Assembly (NCBI GenBank): GCA_028534125.1
Contig: CM052817.1
Location: 2,606,001-2,670,000, forward strand
DNA length: 64,000 nt
Reading direction: 5' to 3'
DNA from: Lama glama
Taxonomy: Eukaryota
Positions 1 through 12,808 of this stretch are shown one piece after another (the first letter of the stretch is position 1; each line of letters opens with the position of its first letter). The notes beneath the pieces are model-generated. The model worked only from the letters and a program-made list of their open reading frames with translations. It did not search any database and was not told where the DNA came from. The translations under genes were made by a program, and so were the position numbers.

Positions 1-21
1 GTGGGAGGGGAATAAAAACAC

Positions 22-27
22 TTTAAT
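22..27 (-). terminator. CPZ: Probable CPZ polyadenylation signal (ATTAAA variant)
   Basis: Plus-strand tttaat = ATTAAA on the minus strand, ~95 nt after the stop codon, followed by a GT/T-rich tract (gtgtttttatt). Implies a short 3' UTR. Confidence 0.6.
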
Positions 28-120
28 AAAATGGAAAAGGCTTAGTGGGATGTCTTTGGAAGACAGATCAAGAGCAGGAGCCCTGGGCCAGGCGTGTGCC
101 TGGCACGAGCAGGCGGGTGC

Positions 121-476
121 CTAGTACTTAAGCAGCCAGCGCGGCTGGTGCTGGCCCAGTGACGTGAAGTAGGACCACCACCAAGGTTTGCTCCCGCCGG
201 CCGCGGGCTGTCTCCGGGCCCCTAGGGGCTCCTCGGGCTCCCCGTGTGGGCCAGCACCACCGGGCGGGTCTCGGAGCCCGGGCCCATTTCTCCGAGGCCC
301 AGGAAGGAACTTCTTGGGTCCAGTCCCCAGCAGCTGGAGAATGAAGTCCACGCGACCGGCCCTCTTCATCCGGGCAGGGATGGTGACTTTCTTGATGACC
401 TTGGAGTAGCCGGGGGCTTGAGCAATGACAATGTGGGACCCTGGGGGCAGCAGTCTCCAGTAGTCACCATCTGGGG
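121..476 (-). CDS. CPZ: Carboxypeptidase Z exon 11 (last coding exon; transthyretin-like domain end and C-terminal tail)
   Basis: acag acceptor; (A)PDGDYWRLLPPG...KPWWWSYFTSLGQHQPRWLLKY*; TAG at 121-123; 356 nt, phase matches exon 10. Confidence 0.97.
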
Positions 477-980
477 CTGTGGACAAATGGAATGGAAGTG
501 ACTGTCAGGCCTGGGCTCAGGCAGCCTTGAGATGATGGGGGATGGGGGGGCCGGGGGACATCGGCCTGGACAGCAGACAAACCCCAAGGTTGCACTTGCC
601 TCTGCACTGGCCTAGAATGTCCTTCCCACTGGCTCCCTTTCTCAAACTTCTGTTCATCCCTCAAAGCCCTGCCGTCTGAAGCCTTCACAGACCACGCCGT
701 CCTGCACAGAGTCAGCAACCCCTCCCTCCTCTGGACTGTGTTTCCAGCAGGCTCTCTCATCACCAGGTACGGTATTTTTAAAATCAGCTGTGAAATCCCT
801 GAGGGCGCCCAGAGCCCACACAGACACACCAGCTTATCTGTGGGATATAAGCTCTGGGGTGTGAACAAACGGGCTCCCTCCTATGATCTCTGAGAAGGTG
901 GCATTTGCCCAGCACAGTCCCTACTTAGGGAACAGGGCATCCACATGCACTGGGCCCGGTGCCGCAGGAGACACAGATCA

Positions 981-1319
<339 letters not shown>

Positions 1320-3929
1320 TCATCTGTGGAGTGAGGGTGACTGGCGAGCCCATCCCTGGGGCCCCGCTCCAGCGATCAATCCCGTTCCTGGTTTATGAAA
1401 GCCCACGGTCCAGCTCAGCGCTCTGGCTGAAGCTCCTGGGCCACGAGCGCCAGGCAGAAGGCCCCCTGGTGTCCACCTGTGAGCACAGCTTAGTCTCTGC
1501 CCTTGCAACCAGAGCCAGTGCAGCGGGTCCTCTCTGAGCCGAGGTTCCGAAGACCATGTGGGGCGGCAGGAGGACACGGCTGTGACTTGGGACCCTGGTG
1601 TCAGTCCTGGACGGCACCAGCCCGTTCTCTGACCTTAAGCAAGCTACCTGGCATCTCGGCCCAGTCTCCCATCTGTAACACAGGGTCACCACGCCCAGCT
1701 CAGAGAATGAGAATTAACACTCGTCAGGTGCAGCGATCAAGCCAGGCGCAGGACTGCCCGACTCTCGTGATGGCCTGGCTCTGAGCACAGCCGCTCCCGA
1801 GCAGATGCCCTGCCGCTTCAGCACACATCAGGGTTAGACTAGGAGCTGCACTTTCCAAAGGAAGCACCTCCGGGAACTCGCCGTCCTGTGCCCAGTCCTT
1901 CTCCAAAAGCAATCAGCAATGAACAAGCTGGACACCCTTGCTCTATGGGGCTGAAAACAACTAGAGGTCCGAAGCTCACATCAAAGGAGGCCGGGACACC
2001 TGGGTGGGAGGGGAAATTCGGCACAGAGGGGTTGCTCTGTCCCCAGAGGCTGCCCTCACACCTTCAGTGCTGTCCCAGGACCTCCAGTCTCTGTCTTGGC
2101 CCCTCCTCCACTCAGAACGCACGACCATCTCCTTCACCTGGCCCACTCCTCTCCCTCGTCGAGACGCAGGAGGCCCTCCCTGGTAACTGGCCGTATCAGG
2201 GGTCTCCTCGGGATCCCACGGTCCTGGGCTTCCACTGCCCCAGCCCTGCCTTCACTTCGATGCACCATCTTCCCTTCCCTCGCCCCCAGCCTGGGTGGGA
2301 ACAGAGGCCAGACACATAGTAGGGCCTCATGTAATGCCAGCCTGCACTGGCTAGATTTTGGTCCACCTTTGCTTTGGGGCTGAAGAGTCATCCTCATGCA
2401 GAACCAGGGATGTGCAGCTCTCAGGCAGGGGAGGAGAGATGGTGGGCCTGCCCCTCCCCTCCCTTCAACCAGCGGGATGGAGACACCCCGCCTCGCCCCA
2501 GGCCTGGCCAGGATCACTGTGGGGAAGGCCTCACTGGACGCGACAGACTGATGCTTATCAGGAGGCCGGGCCGGCTTTCCTGGGGCTGGCCACACCCGGC
2601 CGCGGGCTGCCCAGCCTTCTGCTGTGTCCTGCTGGCTATTAAATCTTTATACCCCGAGACTTCACATGCAATATCCACAGAGCAATCCCAGCTCCATTTA
2701 AGGGTCCTTAAAACTCATTTTCACCAGACAGCCGTAAAATGAAACGAGCCAGGAGGCCTGGCCCCCGGCCATTACTGACGAGGACCGGCCCTGCCCCGCG
2801 CAGCGAGGCCGCCGGCATGGCCTCCGGGAAGCAGCTTGGGGCCAGCGACGCCCGGTCCTGCTCGGGGGCCTTGCTGCGGCTGCTGATCCGGAAGCTCCCC
2901 TTGCTTCTTACCCGGAGGAAGGCTCCGGATCTTTCTAGAAAGGGGAGGGCTCTGGGCGGATCGGAGCTCCAGGGCGGCGCGGTGGCTGCCAAGACTGGGC
3001 CAGCCCGGCAGGTAGCTCTCTGACCCTCTGTCTCCACCTCCAGCACTCTCACAGCCACTGTGAGCCAGGAGGGGGATCCTTGCATGGCCCAGTGACCCCG
3101 ACCAGCCCGCTCCTTCCCCGGGACCCCCGTTCCTCCACCTATAAAAGGGGGCAGCCCCATCTGCTGGGCAGGACTGGCGTCAGGATTCAATGCGGCACGT
3201 ATAGGGCACCAGCTGAAAGGGCTGTGCATGTACGACCCCTCACTGTGCCCCTCGGGCAGTCCTGTTTTCCCCTTAGGGTCTGCTTCTCACTGGGACATTG
3301 TGCAATGTGTAATTTTTATGAGTCTTAAAATGCTCTGGAAAAAGAAAAAGCAGAGGCTTCTATAAAATTATTAGTATCTTTCAGTTTGAATTCCTGCATT
3401 TCTTTCATGAATATTACTTATTCAAACCACATCCCTCGGTTGCAGGCCACATGGGGGAGACTGAGGCACGGGGCAGGGCCGGGAGAGGCAGCGGGACATC
3501 GAGTCCCCGCATGGTCACCAGGCCACTGGGAGACTTGACTCTCTGGGTCCAGTGAGGGGGCCATCTAGACATGTTCTCCGTGGCCCTCGCTCATGGCCAG
3601 CCCACATATCTCTGGGTGACTGTGGCCCCATGGCAAGGCGTGACCCCTCAGTCCAGCTGCCCAACTCCTGCCCCAGCAGCCTGTGCCCTATCCTCTGAGT
3701 CTGAGGGGCAGACGTGCCCAGGGCCCCGCCTGGACCACACCGACACCCTGCCGCCCAGAGCCAGCACCTCCGGGCTCGCCCTGGCCCAGTGCACACCTCA
3801 TTCCCATGGCCACGAGACCCCCGAAAGTGTTAAATGCCCGCACTGAATTCTAACATGTGCCGCCAAGGGTTCCCTGTCCTGTTGCCTGATTTCTCCTACT
3901 CCTTCAAGATGCGGCCCAGGTGCCGCCTC

Positions 3930-4047
3930 CTCCAGGAAGACCCCGCGGCCTCCGAGGCCACATTAGGCACCCCCCACCCCGGCTGCCTCTCCAGGAAGAC
4001 CCCGCGGCCTCCGAGGCCACATTAGGCGCCCCCCACCCCGGCTGCCT
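3930..4047. repeat. Tandem duplication, 2 x 59 bp, in CPZ intron 9
   Basis: ctccaggaagaccccgcggcctccgaggccacattaggc(a/g)ccccccaccccggctgcct repeated with period 59. Confidence 0.9.
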
Positions 4048-4239
4048 TGGTCCCCCACTCCTCTCCTTGAGACCCCTGCTGTACTGGGGACCCTGACGTG
4101 TGTTCCCTGGTGTCTCCAGCAGCCCCAGGGCCAGGGCTGTGGGAGGACAGGTGGCCAGCGAGACCTGACTCATGCTGGGGGGGCGCTGAGCCCAGTCGGT
4201 GCCCGGGTTGAGGGGGCCGCCCGGGGCCACCAGGCTCAC

Positions 4240-4379
4240 CATCTCCACGAAGTTCAGCAGTGGCTCCTTGTTGTGCTGCCACAAGGTGTACAGGGCCTCC
4301 TCGGGCGGGAACTTCACGCAGCCCAGCTCCACTGTGATCTCAAAGCAGTTGCTGTGCAGGTAGTTGAAGTCGGACATGC
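4240..4379 (-). CDS. CPZ: CPZ exon 9 (catalytic Glu region)
   Basis: cag|GMSDFNYLHSNCFEITVELGCVKFPPEEALYTLWQHNKEPLLNFVEM|gtgag; 140 nt. Confidence 0.97.
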
Positions 4380-5418
4380 CTGGGATGCAGGGGGCAGCTG
4401 AGCACGGCCGGCCCTCCACAGCCCCCACTACAGCTGGACAGCAGAGGGGGTGTTGTCCTCCCCCCAACCCAGATGAGCCGACCGGGGCTTGAGGCCTTCA
4501 CGGCTCCCACCTGAGGTCCCCAGGGAGGCAGGGGAGCTGCACTGGGAACCAAGTGGCTTGGCGCCCACGTCTGCGGGCTCACGCACATCTGTGCAGCCCC
4601 TCAGGGTCGGGAGGACCAACTAGCCACTTCCATTAGGGGAGCCGGCCCCTGGGGTCCGGGCTGCTGGCCCTCCCCTGGCTGGGACCCCACAGGTAATAGC
4701 ATCCCTTTTCCTGGACAGTCCCAGGGACAGCCCAGGGAGGGAGTGTCCATGACCTCCGTCTCCAGAGGGAGCCCCGGCCAGCAGGGCTGACAGCCGGCCA
4801 GGGAGGTGGTGGAGGCTCCGGGGCTGACCGCCACCCCACCCACTTCCGCCCTCCACTCCATCTGCTTTTGGAGTTTGTGTCCAGCAGACCCTGCAGTCAT
4901 GCTCCGAGGCAGCCCGGGGGCACCGATGGGGCAGCTGGTGCCGGGAGCTGCCAGGGCCCCGCCCTTCAGAGCTTCAGGGCCTCCCCTGAGCCCGGGTCCC
5001 AGGCGGCCGCCGTTCCTGACTTAACGTTCACATCTGCAGTGCAGTCACACTGCCCTGCACCTGGCCCCTCGCCCCGTGCTCTCTCGGGTCCCACTCCAGC
5101 TTGTCCGCAACAGTCACACAGAGATCACCGTCCAGCCAGTCACCAGAACTGAAGTAAGCCAGGTCCAGTGCTCCCGCCCCTGGGTGGGAGCCTCCCCACA
5201 CACCGTGATGCGTCTTTGCTGCTCTCCCACCTTCCAGATGTCCCAGAATCAAGTTCCCAGGAAAAGCTGCTACGCAGAGGCCCCAGCCCCAGCACCACCC
5301 TCTCCAGCATACCTCCCGTGAAGCTGTACAAGTCCGCCCCATAGACGCCCCAGCCCCGCCCCGCCCCTCCCCCTCCCCAGCCCCCTCTCCCACCCGGCCC
5401 CGCCCTCCCCAGGCGTAC

Positions 5419-5554
5419 CTCCCGTGAAGCTGTACCAGTCTGCCCCGTTGATGATGCTGCCTCTCTTCAGGAAGTTGCCTCCACACCTGTTCTCCGACTT
5501 GTCCATCATCATGGGGTGCATGTCGGCATAGGCTCTGGCCAGCAGTTTGAACAT
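5419..5554 (-). CDS. CPZ: CPZ exon 8
   Basis: cag|MFKLLARAYADMHPMMMDKSENRCGGNFLKRGSIINGADWYSFTG|gtacgc; 136 nt. Confidence 0.96.
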
Positions 5555-8500
5555 CTGGAAAGGAGACAGAGAGATCCCCTGAAGCCAAGACCAGAAGGTG
5601 GGGTGTTCTGCAGGATGCCCTCAGAGCTGGGGGCAGTGGGGTGAGGAGAAGGTCTTTTGAGGGAGGGGCCACCACAGCAAACACCAGCAGCTTGGGCGGG
5701 AGAGGGGGCCAGTGTCCATGCAGAGGGCTCAGCACGTGCAAAGGCCCAGAAGCAGGATGGCCAGAGCTCAGGGCTCCAGTGGTGGGTATGTGAGCACATC
5801 GTGGAGCCCTGCACACCTGGTGAGAGAACGTGGGCTTCCTCATGAAGGGGGCACCTGGCAGTGATCCTGGCAGGGCACCTGGAGGTCAGCTTTGCCATTT
5901 CTAGAGCATTTTCTGCCTCTGGGCAGAGGGCAGGCCTCGGGGAGAGGCGGGAGGCTGGAGTGGGCCTCAGTTTTGCCAATGAACTTCTGTGATAATCGTC
6001 ACAACCAGCACCCGCGGGAGCCCACCTGCCTGCTGCCGTAGCCACAGGCATTTCCGCCACCGCGGGTGGACGGACACAGGGCACAGCTCACCGGGCAGGG
6101 CCTATCTGGGTGTGGCCTGGACTCCAGGCAGTGCACAGTTCCCCCTCCTCTGGCCTCCCCCAGCCCAGAGCTCCCCCATAACATCCCCGACCCGCGGCAG
6201 GCCCCCAAGTCCCCCTCCCAGGCAGGACTCAGTCATCTGAACGTCCCAGTGCCAGACACTGTCTGATCCAGGGTGGAGGCCCCCAAGCAGGGGTCAGGTG
6301 GATAAGGGGCTCGCCGCCCTGGGCCTGTCAGGCCCCCCGGCCCTGGGAGAAGTCTGTCCTGGGAAGGGATCCCTCCTTAAAAAGGGGGAGGTGGACAGGT
6401 GGGGTCAGTAATAGGGAGCTGCTCCAGGCCAGAGTAGGGGTCTCTCCTGGTGATTCCAACCCCAAGACCTGGGGTTTGGGGAAGGAGGGTTCAGTTTCTC
6501 AGGGAAAAGATGGCAGTTTCCACTTGGTCCCCCTGACACAAACCAAGCCACCAAAACACAAGCCCACCATGTCATTCCATCTCAGAGGTCGGCGGTGCCA
6601 CACCTGGGCTGTGGTCAGCTTCCACCATCTTCAGCCAGGCGTCAACCCAATGGGGTTGTTTAAATAACTCTCCCCGGAGCCCCACCTCTCCAGCCTCCAC
6701 CATGTGTCTGCAGAGCGGGACACAGGCTGGAGGGGGGAGGTTGGACCCAGCCCTCTGCTCCCCTCCCGTCCTCCCGCCCAGTGTCTCTCCTCATCCTGCC
6801 CAGGGGCCTTCTCCTGTCACCTGTCACCTGTTAGCCCCCTCAGGAGAGCAGGGAAAATCACCATCAGTCCCCACAACCCCAGGGCCAGCTGGGAACTGGC
6901 CTGCCCTGGGAAGGGGTAGGGGGTGGTGGACACAGAACAGGGTCTTGGGGAGCAGCTCTGCCCAGAGGCCAGGCATGAATGGGCAAAGTGGGGAGGGAAC
7001 ACACAGAGATACACAGAGAACTCCAAACAAAATAAGGTGTGGTGTGGTGGGCTTCCGGGAGGGGCAGGCCTGTGCTGGCCCAGGGCCCAGAAACAGGGGT
7101 CAAGGCCGGGAGAAGGCCCAGCCTGCCCAAGATCTGGATGAACCTCAGCCCTTTCCACTGGGGCTGAGGGCTGGGTCGGGGGTGCCTGGAGAGCAGGACA
7201 GAGCTTGAGTCGAGCTGAGGAGCAAGATCTTGGCAAGAGGGACAGGTGGGGGACAAAGGAGATGAGGCAGGCAGCCCTAGCCAGCCTGGGGCCTTGAAAG
7301 CTGCCCGGAGGCTCTGGCCCTCATCCACGGGGTACCATGGAAGTTTGGGGGCGTGACTTCCGGGGGGGCACGCTGGCCAGCCCCTCCTCTCACTCCTCCA
7401 CTCCCCAAGCCTCTCCCGGGACCCTGGTTTCCACAGAGCCCACCACTGGCTGCAGGGCTGAAGGGTTATTGATCGGTGATTGATGGCTGGTGGGAGGACT
7501 CTCCGCTTTCTGACTCTGTGGGGACTCGTTGAGGCCAGCCTCCCCACTAGAGGTATCATCACGCATCTGCCTCTGGGGTTCAGAGACACTGGGCCCGGCG
7601 CCCCAGGGGCCCCTGCCGCCCAGAGGACACAGGCCTCGCCCAGTTGTTGGCCCTGCTCTCCCACAGCACAGCAGGGCGCAGATCAGGCAGAGCGGAGACC
7701 ACCCAGCCACCCCCGGGGTTCGGACTGAGCTCCAAGCGTAGAACCTGGCCCCCGCCAGCCTCTAGGCATGTGCTGGTTACAGGAGTCAGTGACTGAGTGA
7801 GTGAATGAGTGAGTGAGAGCCAGAATGAACGCAGGAACGATGCGGGGAGGGGACACAGGTGCTGCTTCCCTGGCCCTGGAGGAGGAGGCGGGGGTTCAGC
7901 GTTTCCCTGCTGGGTCCCCCAGCTCCCACTGCTCAGGGTCCCCTGAGTCCTCACTCCTGGGGTGAAGGGGGTGTGGAAAGTCTCCACCTGATTCTTCAGG
8001 TTCCACTGGGGTAGCTGTCCCTCGGGGACACTCTCTCAGGCCAACCTTAACGTTGGGAGTCCACCCCATATGCACATGCGCACACCCACACACCTCAGCC
8101 CGCGTGCCCCGGGCCTCTTGGGCAGTTGTCTGTCTGGGCCCAGGCTGCACCTGCTCATCCTTTCCCGTTTCTGCCTTCGCCTCCCACCCGAGACTAAGAC
8201 CCTCAGTGCAGGGCCCAGTCCTGTTGGCCGCGGTGGCTTCGGGACCCACCACACACAGGGAGGGGCTGGGTGAGGCACTTGTCCGTCCAGGACCAGCCCC
8301 CTCCCTGCCCTGCCCCCAGCACCAGGTGGAAAGTGGGGGCAGGCGGCAGAGGGCAGGCCTGGCTCTCCACCCTGAGTCCAGTCCAGCAGGGGGCCTGCTG
8401 AGTGACCAAGCGGACAGCTCAGACCTTTCCAAACCACCTCCACCCTGGCTGGTCACAGAAAGAGCTTCAGGCTTTGTCTTTCCCAGAGGGCAGGAGCTGG

Positions 8501-9197
8501 CCTCGGGGGCTGGGGTCAGCAGGGACAGTTTGGGCAGCTGAGCTCCAGTGTCCTTGGCTGTGACCCATCAGAGATCACCCCCTCCCTCACCTGGTGCCCC
8601 CAGGGAACCAATTCCGCTTCAGGGAAGAATGGGGCTGGAGAAGGGTCCAGCCACCATGGCCACTGTCACATGTGTCATCCCTGCTGGTCTGACCAGTGAG
8701 GGAAATAGGCCTGGGAAGGGGAGGCGCCTCCTCAGAGCCCAAGTGGACGCCAGGACCAGAATTCCTGCTCCATCCCACTGCACCCCCGACTCCCAGGGAG
8801 TCTGACCCGGAACAAACCAGCAAGGCCCACAAGAAGGAGGGAGATGCCGGGAGCCAGCCAGGGGCCATGCACAAGGCAGCACTGCCCTCTGCCGGCGTCG
8901 CCCGGAATCCCACCCTCCCTGGACCGAAAACACTGGGCGGCCTGGTGGGAGGACACTCCGCCAGGGTCCCCACCCCAGGAGCTCCTAGACAGGGACCTAG
9001 ATGGAAGGGGGTGTGGTCAGAGGAGGGAGGGGCTGCTTCCAGCTGGAAGGCTTCTTGGAGGAGGGATTTGGAGCTGAGCCTGGAAGGCTCCAAATGGCTT
9101 AGAACTCCTGGGCTTCACTGACCTCAGAACAGGAAGGACTCGGGGTCAGCCCCGAGGGCACCACCCCCAGCACGCCCGCCCCGCCACGGCCTCTCAC

Positions 9198-9356
9198 CTT
9201 CTCGTCGGGCGTGGGAGAAAACATCTTCTCCTCCTGGGGGTGCTTGGAGAAGTCGAAGGGGTAGGAAACCACCAAGTCGCCCCCGTGGAGGCTGGCCGAG
9301 AGCACGAAGGGGGTGGACCTCATCCACTTCATTATCGCCTTGGTCTCGGGGGCCAC
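9198..9356 (-). CDS. CPZ: CPZ exon 7 (third zinc ligand, SASLHGG)
   Basis: cag|[53 protein letters not shown]|gtgag; 159 nt. Confidence 0.97.
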
Positions 9357-9674
9357 CTGCCCAGGCGGGGGAGGCGGCCTGAGGACCACTCAGCCCGATG
9401 CCCGAGCTTTAGGATTCCGTCAGGCCTCATCCTCAGGCCTGCAACGCTCTTCCCCACCTCCTGCCCTCCAGGCAGCCCTCCTGGGCCCCCGTCACTGAGC
9501 ACCTGCCAGATTCCGGACGCTTTCAGTGCATGCTCCCTGAATCCCATCGACGACCCAGTGAGAATTAGCCCCATTTCACAGGAGGAACCGAGGCTCAGAG
9601 CGTAAGGCTCTCCTGCCCTAGGGGAGTACTGGAGCCCCTCGGACGTGCCAGCTGGGCACTGGCATGGCTCCTAC

Positions 9675-9836
9675 CTTACCCCACCAGTAGTGCTGTGGGA
9701 TGGCGATGTGGTCGCTGCGTGCGCCGCGGGTGGAGGCCAGGCGGTAGTACTCCGACGTCAGGTCCGGGAAGTTACGGTTCAGGTCCAGGTTCTGGGCATT
9801 CTGCCTCCCACTCGTCCACCCATTGTAGCCGGCACC
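9675..9836 (-). CDS. CPZ: CPZ exon 6 (DLNRNFP motif)
   Basis: Manual translation: cag|GAGYNGWTSGRQNAQNLDLNRNFPDLTSEYYRLASTRGARSDHIAIPQHYWWGK|gtagg; 162 nt; this frame is not in the ORF track. Confidence 0.95.
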
Positions 9837-10385
9837 CTGGACACACAGGCCACCCCCCGACAGGGCTCAGCACGCCCACCCTGATCCTTCTGGAGGGAGC
9901 CCACAGGGCTGGGCGGAGAGCCAGAGGCGGGACTGGAGTTTCTCTCTGGCTTCATGGGATGAACCTGGGAGCACGTCCACCGAGCTGCCCTGGACCCCCT
10001 CTCCCATCTCTCGGGCCTCCTGGCGGGTCCTCCGACCACAGAGCTTGCCCTGGCTGTGCCCCACCTGGAGGGCCCCACGCCAGGGAGGCACTGCCCGCTC
10101 CGCACCTCCGGCAGGACCCTGCTCAAGGCACCGCCTCCCGGAGCCCGCTCCCCTGGCTCGCGCACACTCCCACCCCTCCCCTCCCCTCCCCTCCCTGCTC
10201 ATTGTGTTTCCACCACGAGCATCCTCTTTAACACACCACAGCACTATCAGCGTCCGTCCCTCCTCCGAGCAGGACCTGGTGCCGATGCCTGCTGAGTTGT
10301 CAGCACCCAGACGGCGGGCACAGAGAGCCCTGACAGCAGTGGACGAGCGGGGTCGTGTGGGACCAGCTCAAGGCAGGGTGCTCAC

Positions 10386-10582
10386 CTCAGCAGCCGCTAC
10401 CTCGTAGCCGTCAGGGTTCATGGAGGGCAGCAGGTGGATGCGGGTGGTGTTGAGCAGGCGCTGGATGCGGGGGCTGCCCAGCAGGTACTCAGAGCACAGG
10501 TACTGGGCCAGGTAGATGAGCATCTCCCGTCCCGCCACCTCGTTGCCATGGATATTGCCTATCAGCTTCACCTCGGGCTCCA
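10386..10582 (-). CDS. CPZ: CPZ exon 5 (HxxE zinc-binding motif HGNE)
   Basis: cag|(M)[29 protein letters not shown]...[16 protein letters not shown]|gtgag; 197 nt. Confidence 0.97.
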
Positions 10583-10914
10583 CTGAGGGGAGACACAGTG
10601 CCCAGGGGGCCGTCTCAAAGCCCCGGGTCCCTGGAGACTTGAGGGCCCCCAGGGCAAGTGTAGCCAGTTGTTTTGAAAACTATTCATGCTTGTTTTGGCC
10701 CAAGCGTCTCCGTGACTAACGAGGTCTCTTGAGGGTCATCACTTTCGCGGAGCACATTCGTTATCAGCCGTAATTACCAGCAGGACAGAACAAGGATATT
10801 GACTAATAATGATGTATGTTAGCATTGGTCCATGTGAATTTCATTCATAGCCGTTCATCATGTTTGTGCAATAAATCAAGGTGTACACTGGTGCTTAGAT
10901 GGGAAGGCAGCTGG

Positions 10915-11125
10915 TCCTTGGATGGATGGACAGATGGATGGAAGGAAAGAAAGAAGGAAGGGAGAAAGGATACGGTTGGAAGATGAAGGGAAGGATGGGT
11001 GGATAAGTGAGTGGATGGAAAGGAGGAAGGAAGGAAGGAGACGGATGGAAGATGGGTGGACAGACAGATGGAAGGATGCACAGGTGGATGGGTGGCTGAC
11101 TGCATGGAAGGATGGATGGATGGTG
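10915..11125. repeat. (GGAT)n/(GGAA)n degenerate simple repeat
   Basis: Purine-rich ggatggatgg/ggaaggaagg array in intron 4. Confidence 0.85.
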
Positions 11126-12595
11126 CGTGAATGGGAGGAAGAGCACACAGGGGCCTGGCAGCCTTACTGGCTGTGTGACCTTGGACAGGTCGCCTCTCTG
11201 CTCTGCGCTTCACAGCACTCATCTGGAAAGTGGCACCTCCTCCCCCGGCTGTGCACCGCTCAGGGACTCCAGCGGTGGGAACATGTGCCCATGCCGCCCC
11301 CATTCCAAGGGTATTAACGACTCTGAGGCTGTCCACGATAGTCACATCCCTTGGCCTTCTCACTGGGGACACCCATCTCCCACAGGTTCCAAAGCTACAG
11401 GCCAATCTGACGGCAGGAGGCAGAGCACGCGCCAGAAGCTAGAGGGCTGGGAGGCAGGGTGGGTGGGCCTTGGAGGCTGGGTTGGGGCTAGATGACCTCT
11501 CCCGCAGGAGACAGGGCTTGGGGCTCACGTGGTCCACGCTGCCCCAAGCCTCCAGGATGGAGGCTGGGATGCACGGGGACAGCCCAGCAGAGAGAGCCGG
11601 AGCTGCTTAACCAGGATGAGGTGTATGTCGCAGTACTTCTAAAAACCAAGGCCAGGTGGGACTGCTTTAGGTTGATTCCCTCTGACTCAGGTGGTCACAG
11701 GCACAGACAGCTGAGGGACCAGGCGAGGAAGCACTGGGACCCCCACTCACTGACTCCGCGGCAGAGGCCAGAAGTGAGCCCCTGGGCCCGGAGCGGGCCA
11801 CGTGGTCATTCTCCCCTCGCCAGGGCGCTGATTCTCTGCTAGGCTGTCTGGGCTCTTGGGCCAGACCCCGAGCCCCATTCCCTGGGCCCACTGCCATTTC
11901 CTCAACCTGCCCCTGAAATTCAGTTTCACGGTAATTTTTCCCACACCCGCACCGTGGCTGGATGACCTCCGCAGTGACGGTGGCAGGTGAACCGCGACCG
12001 CGGGGCAGTCTGACCCTCCTCAGCCCTGTAAGGACGCAGCCCCATGGACAGTGAGACCCAACACCCCCACGTGGCCCCCATCTCAACACAGGGCCTGAGC
12101 CTGGTGGGCTGAAATGGACTTGGCTTTTAAATAAATGGAAGGACGGCTGTATCCACATCACTCTGCAAGATTGGGTGTGCCCAGCAGCTCGGGGGGGCAG
12201 ACGCCAAGGGCCAGGGCCCAGCGCCCCACGTACCTGCCTGGGTCCAGGTGAGCCAGGGCACGTTTGCAAAAACAACGAAATGCACAAAGCACGGTTAGCT
12301 TTCACAATGGACGCACAAGGCCCGACGTGCCTGCAGCGACTGTCCACCCCTCGCTTCCTCCCCCGTGACTGTGCCTCTCCTTCCTGCCCCCACCAGCCCT
12401 CAGCGACGGGGCCATGACAGTGGTCGCACAGGCCCCGTGGGACGTGGTGCGCACACAAGCACATCCCGAAGGCCCCGCCCACACCCTGTCCCCTAAACAT
12501 CAGGGGCTTTGATTAAGATCCTGGACCAGCTTGTGCAGCCCAAGACCAAGCAGGCCAGAGCCTTTTCCTGGCCCCTGACGGTGACTGTGACTTAC

Positions 12596-12808
12596 TCAGC
12601 TCGTGCTGGCCAGGGCGGCTGGAGAACTCGATGACCAGCAGGTCCCGGCCATCGAAGCTGCGCCCAATGCTGTAGGTCTTGGCGATGTGGGAGCAGTGGG
12701 CCGCTGTCCGCTTCAGCACGCGCACCATCTGGGCGTAGGAGTGGTGGGTGAAGCGAATGGAGGTTGGCGGGTGGCCCGAGGGCAGCGCTTCCTCGATGTC
12801 CAGGCCTC
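12596..12808 (-). CDS. CPZ: CPZ exon 4 (start of carboxypeptidase domain)
   Basis: cag|GGLDIEEALPSGHPPTSIRFTHHSYAQMVRVLKRTAAHC...YSIGRSFDGRDLLVIEFSSRPGQHEL|gtaag; 213 nt. Confidence 0.96.

Noticed and set aside
11..30. AATAAA motifs on the plus strand
   Set aside because: Wrong strand for CPZ, and no plus-strand gene is visible ending here within the window.
3930..4047. Direct repeats as a CRISPR-like array (also 40875-40939)
   Set aside because: Only two abutting copies with no spacers, in eukaryotic DNA.
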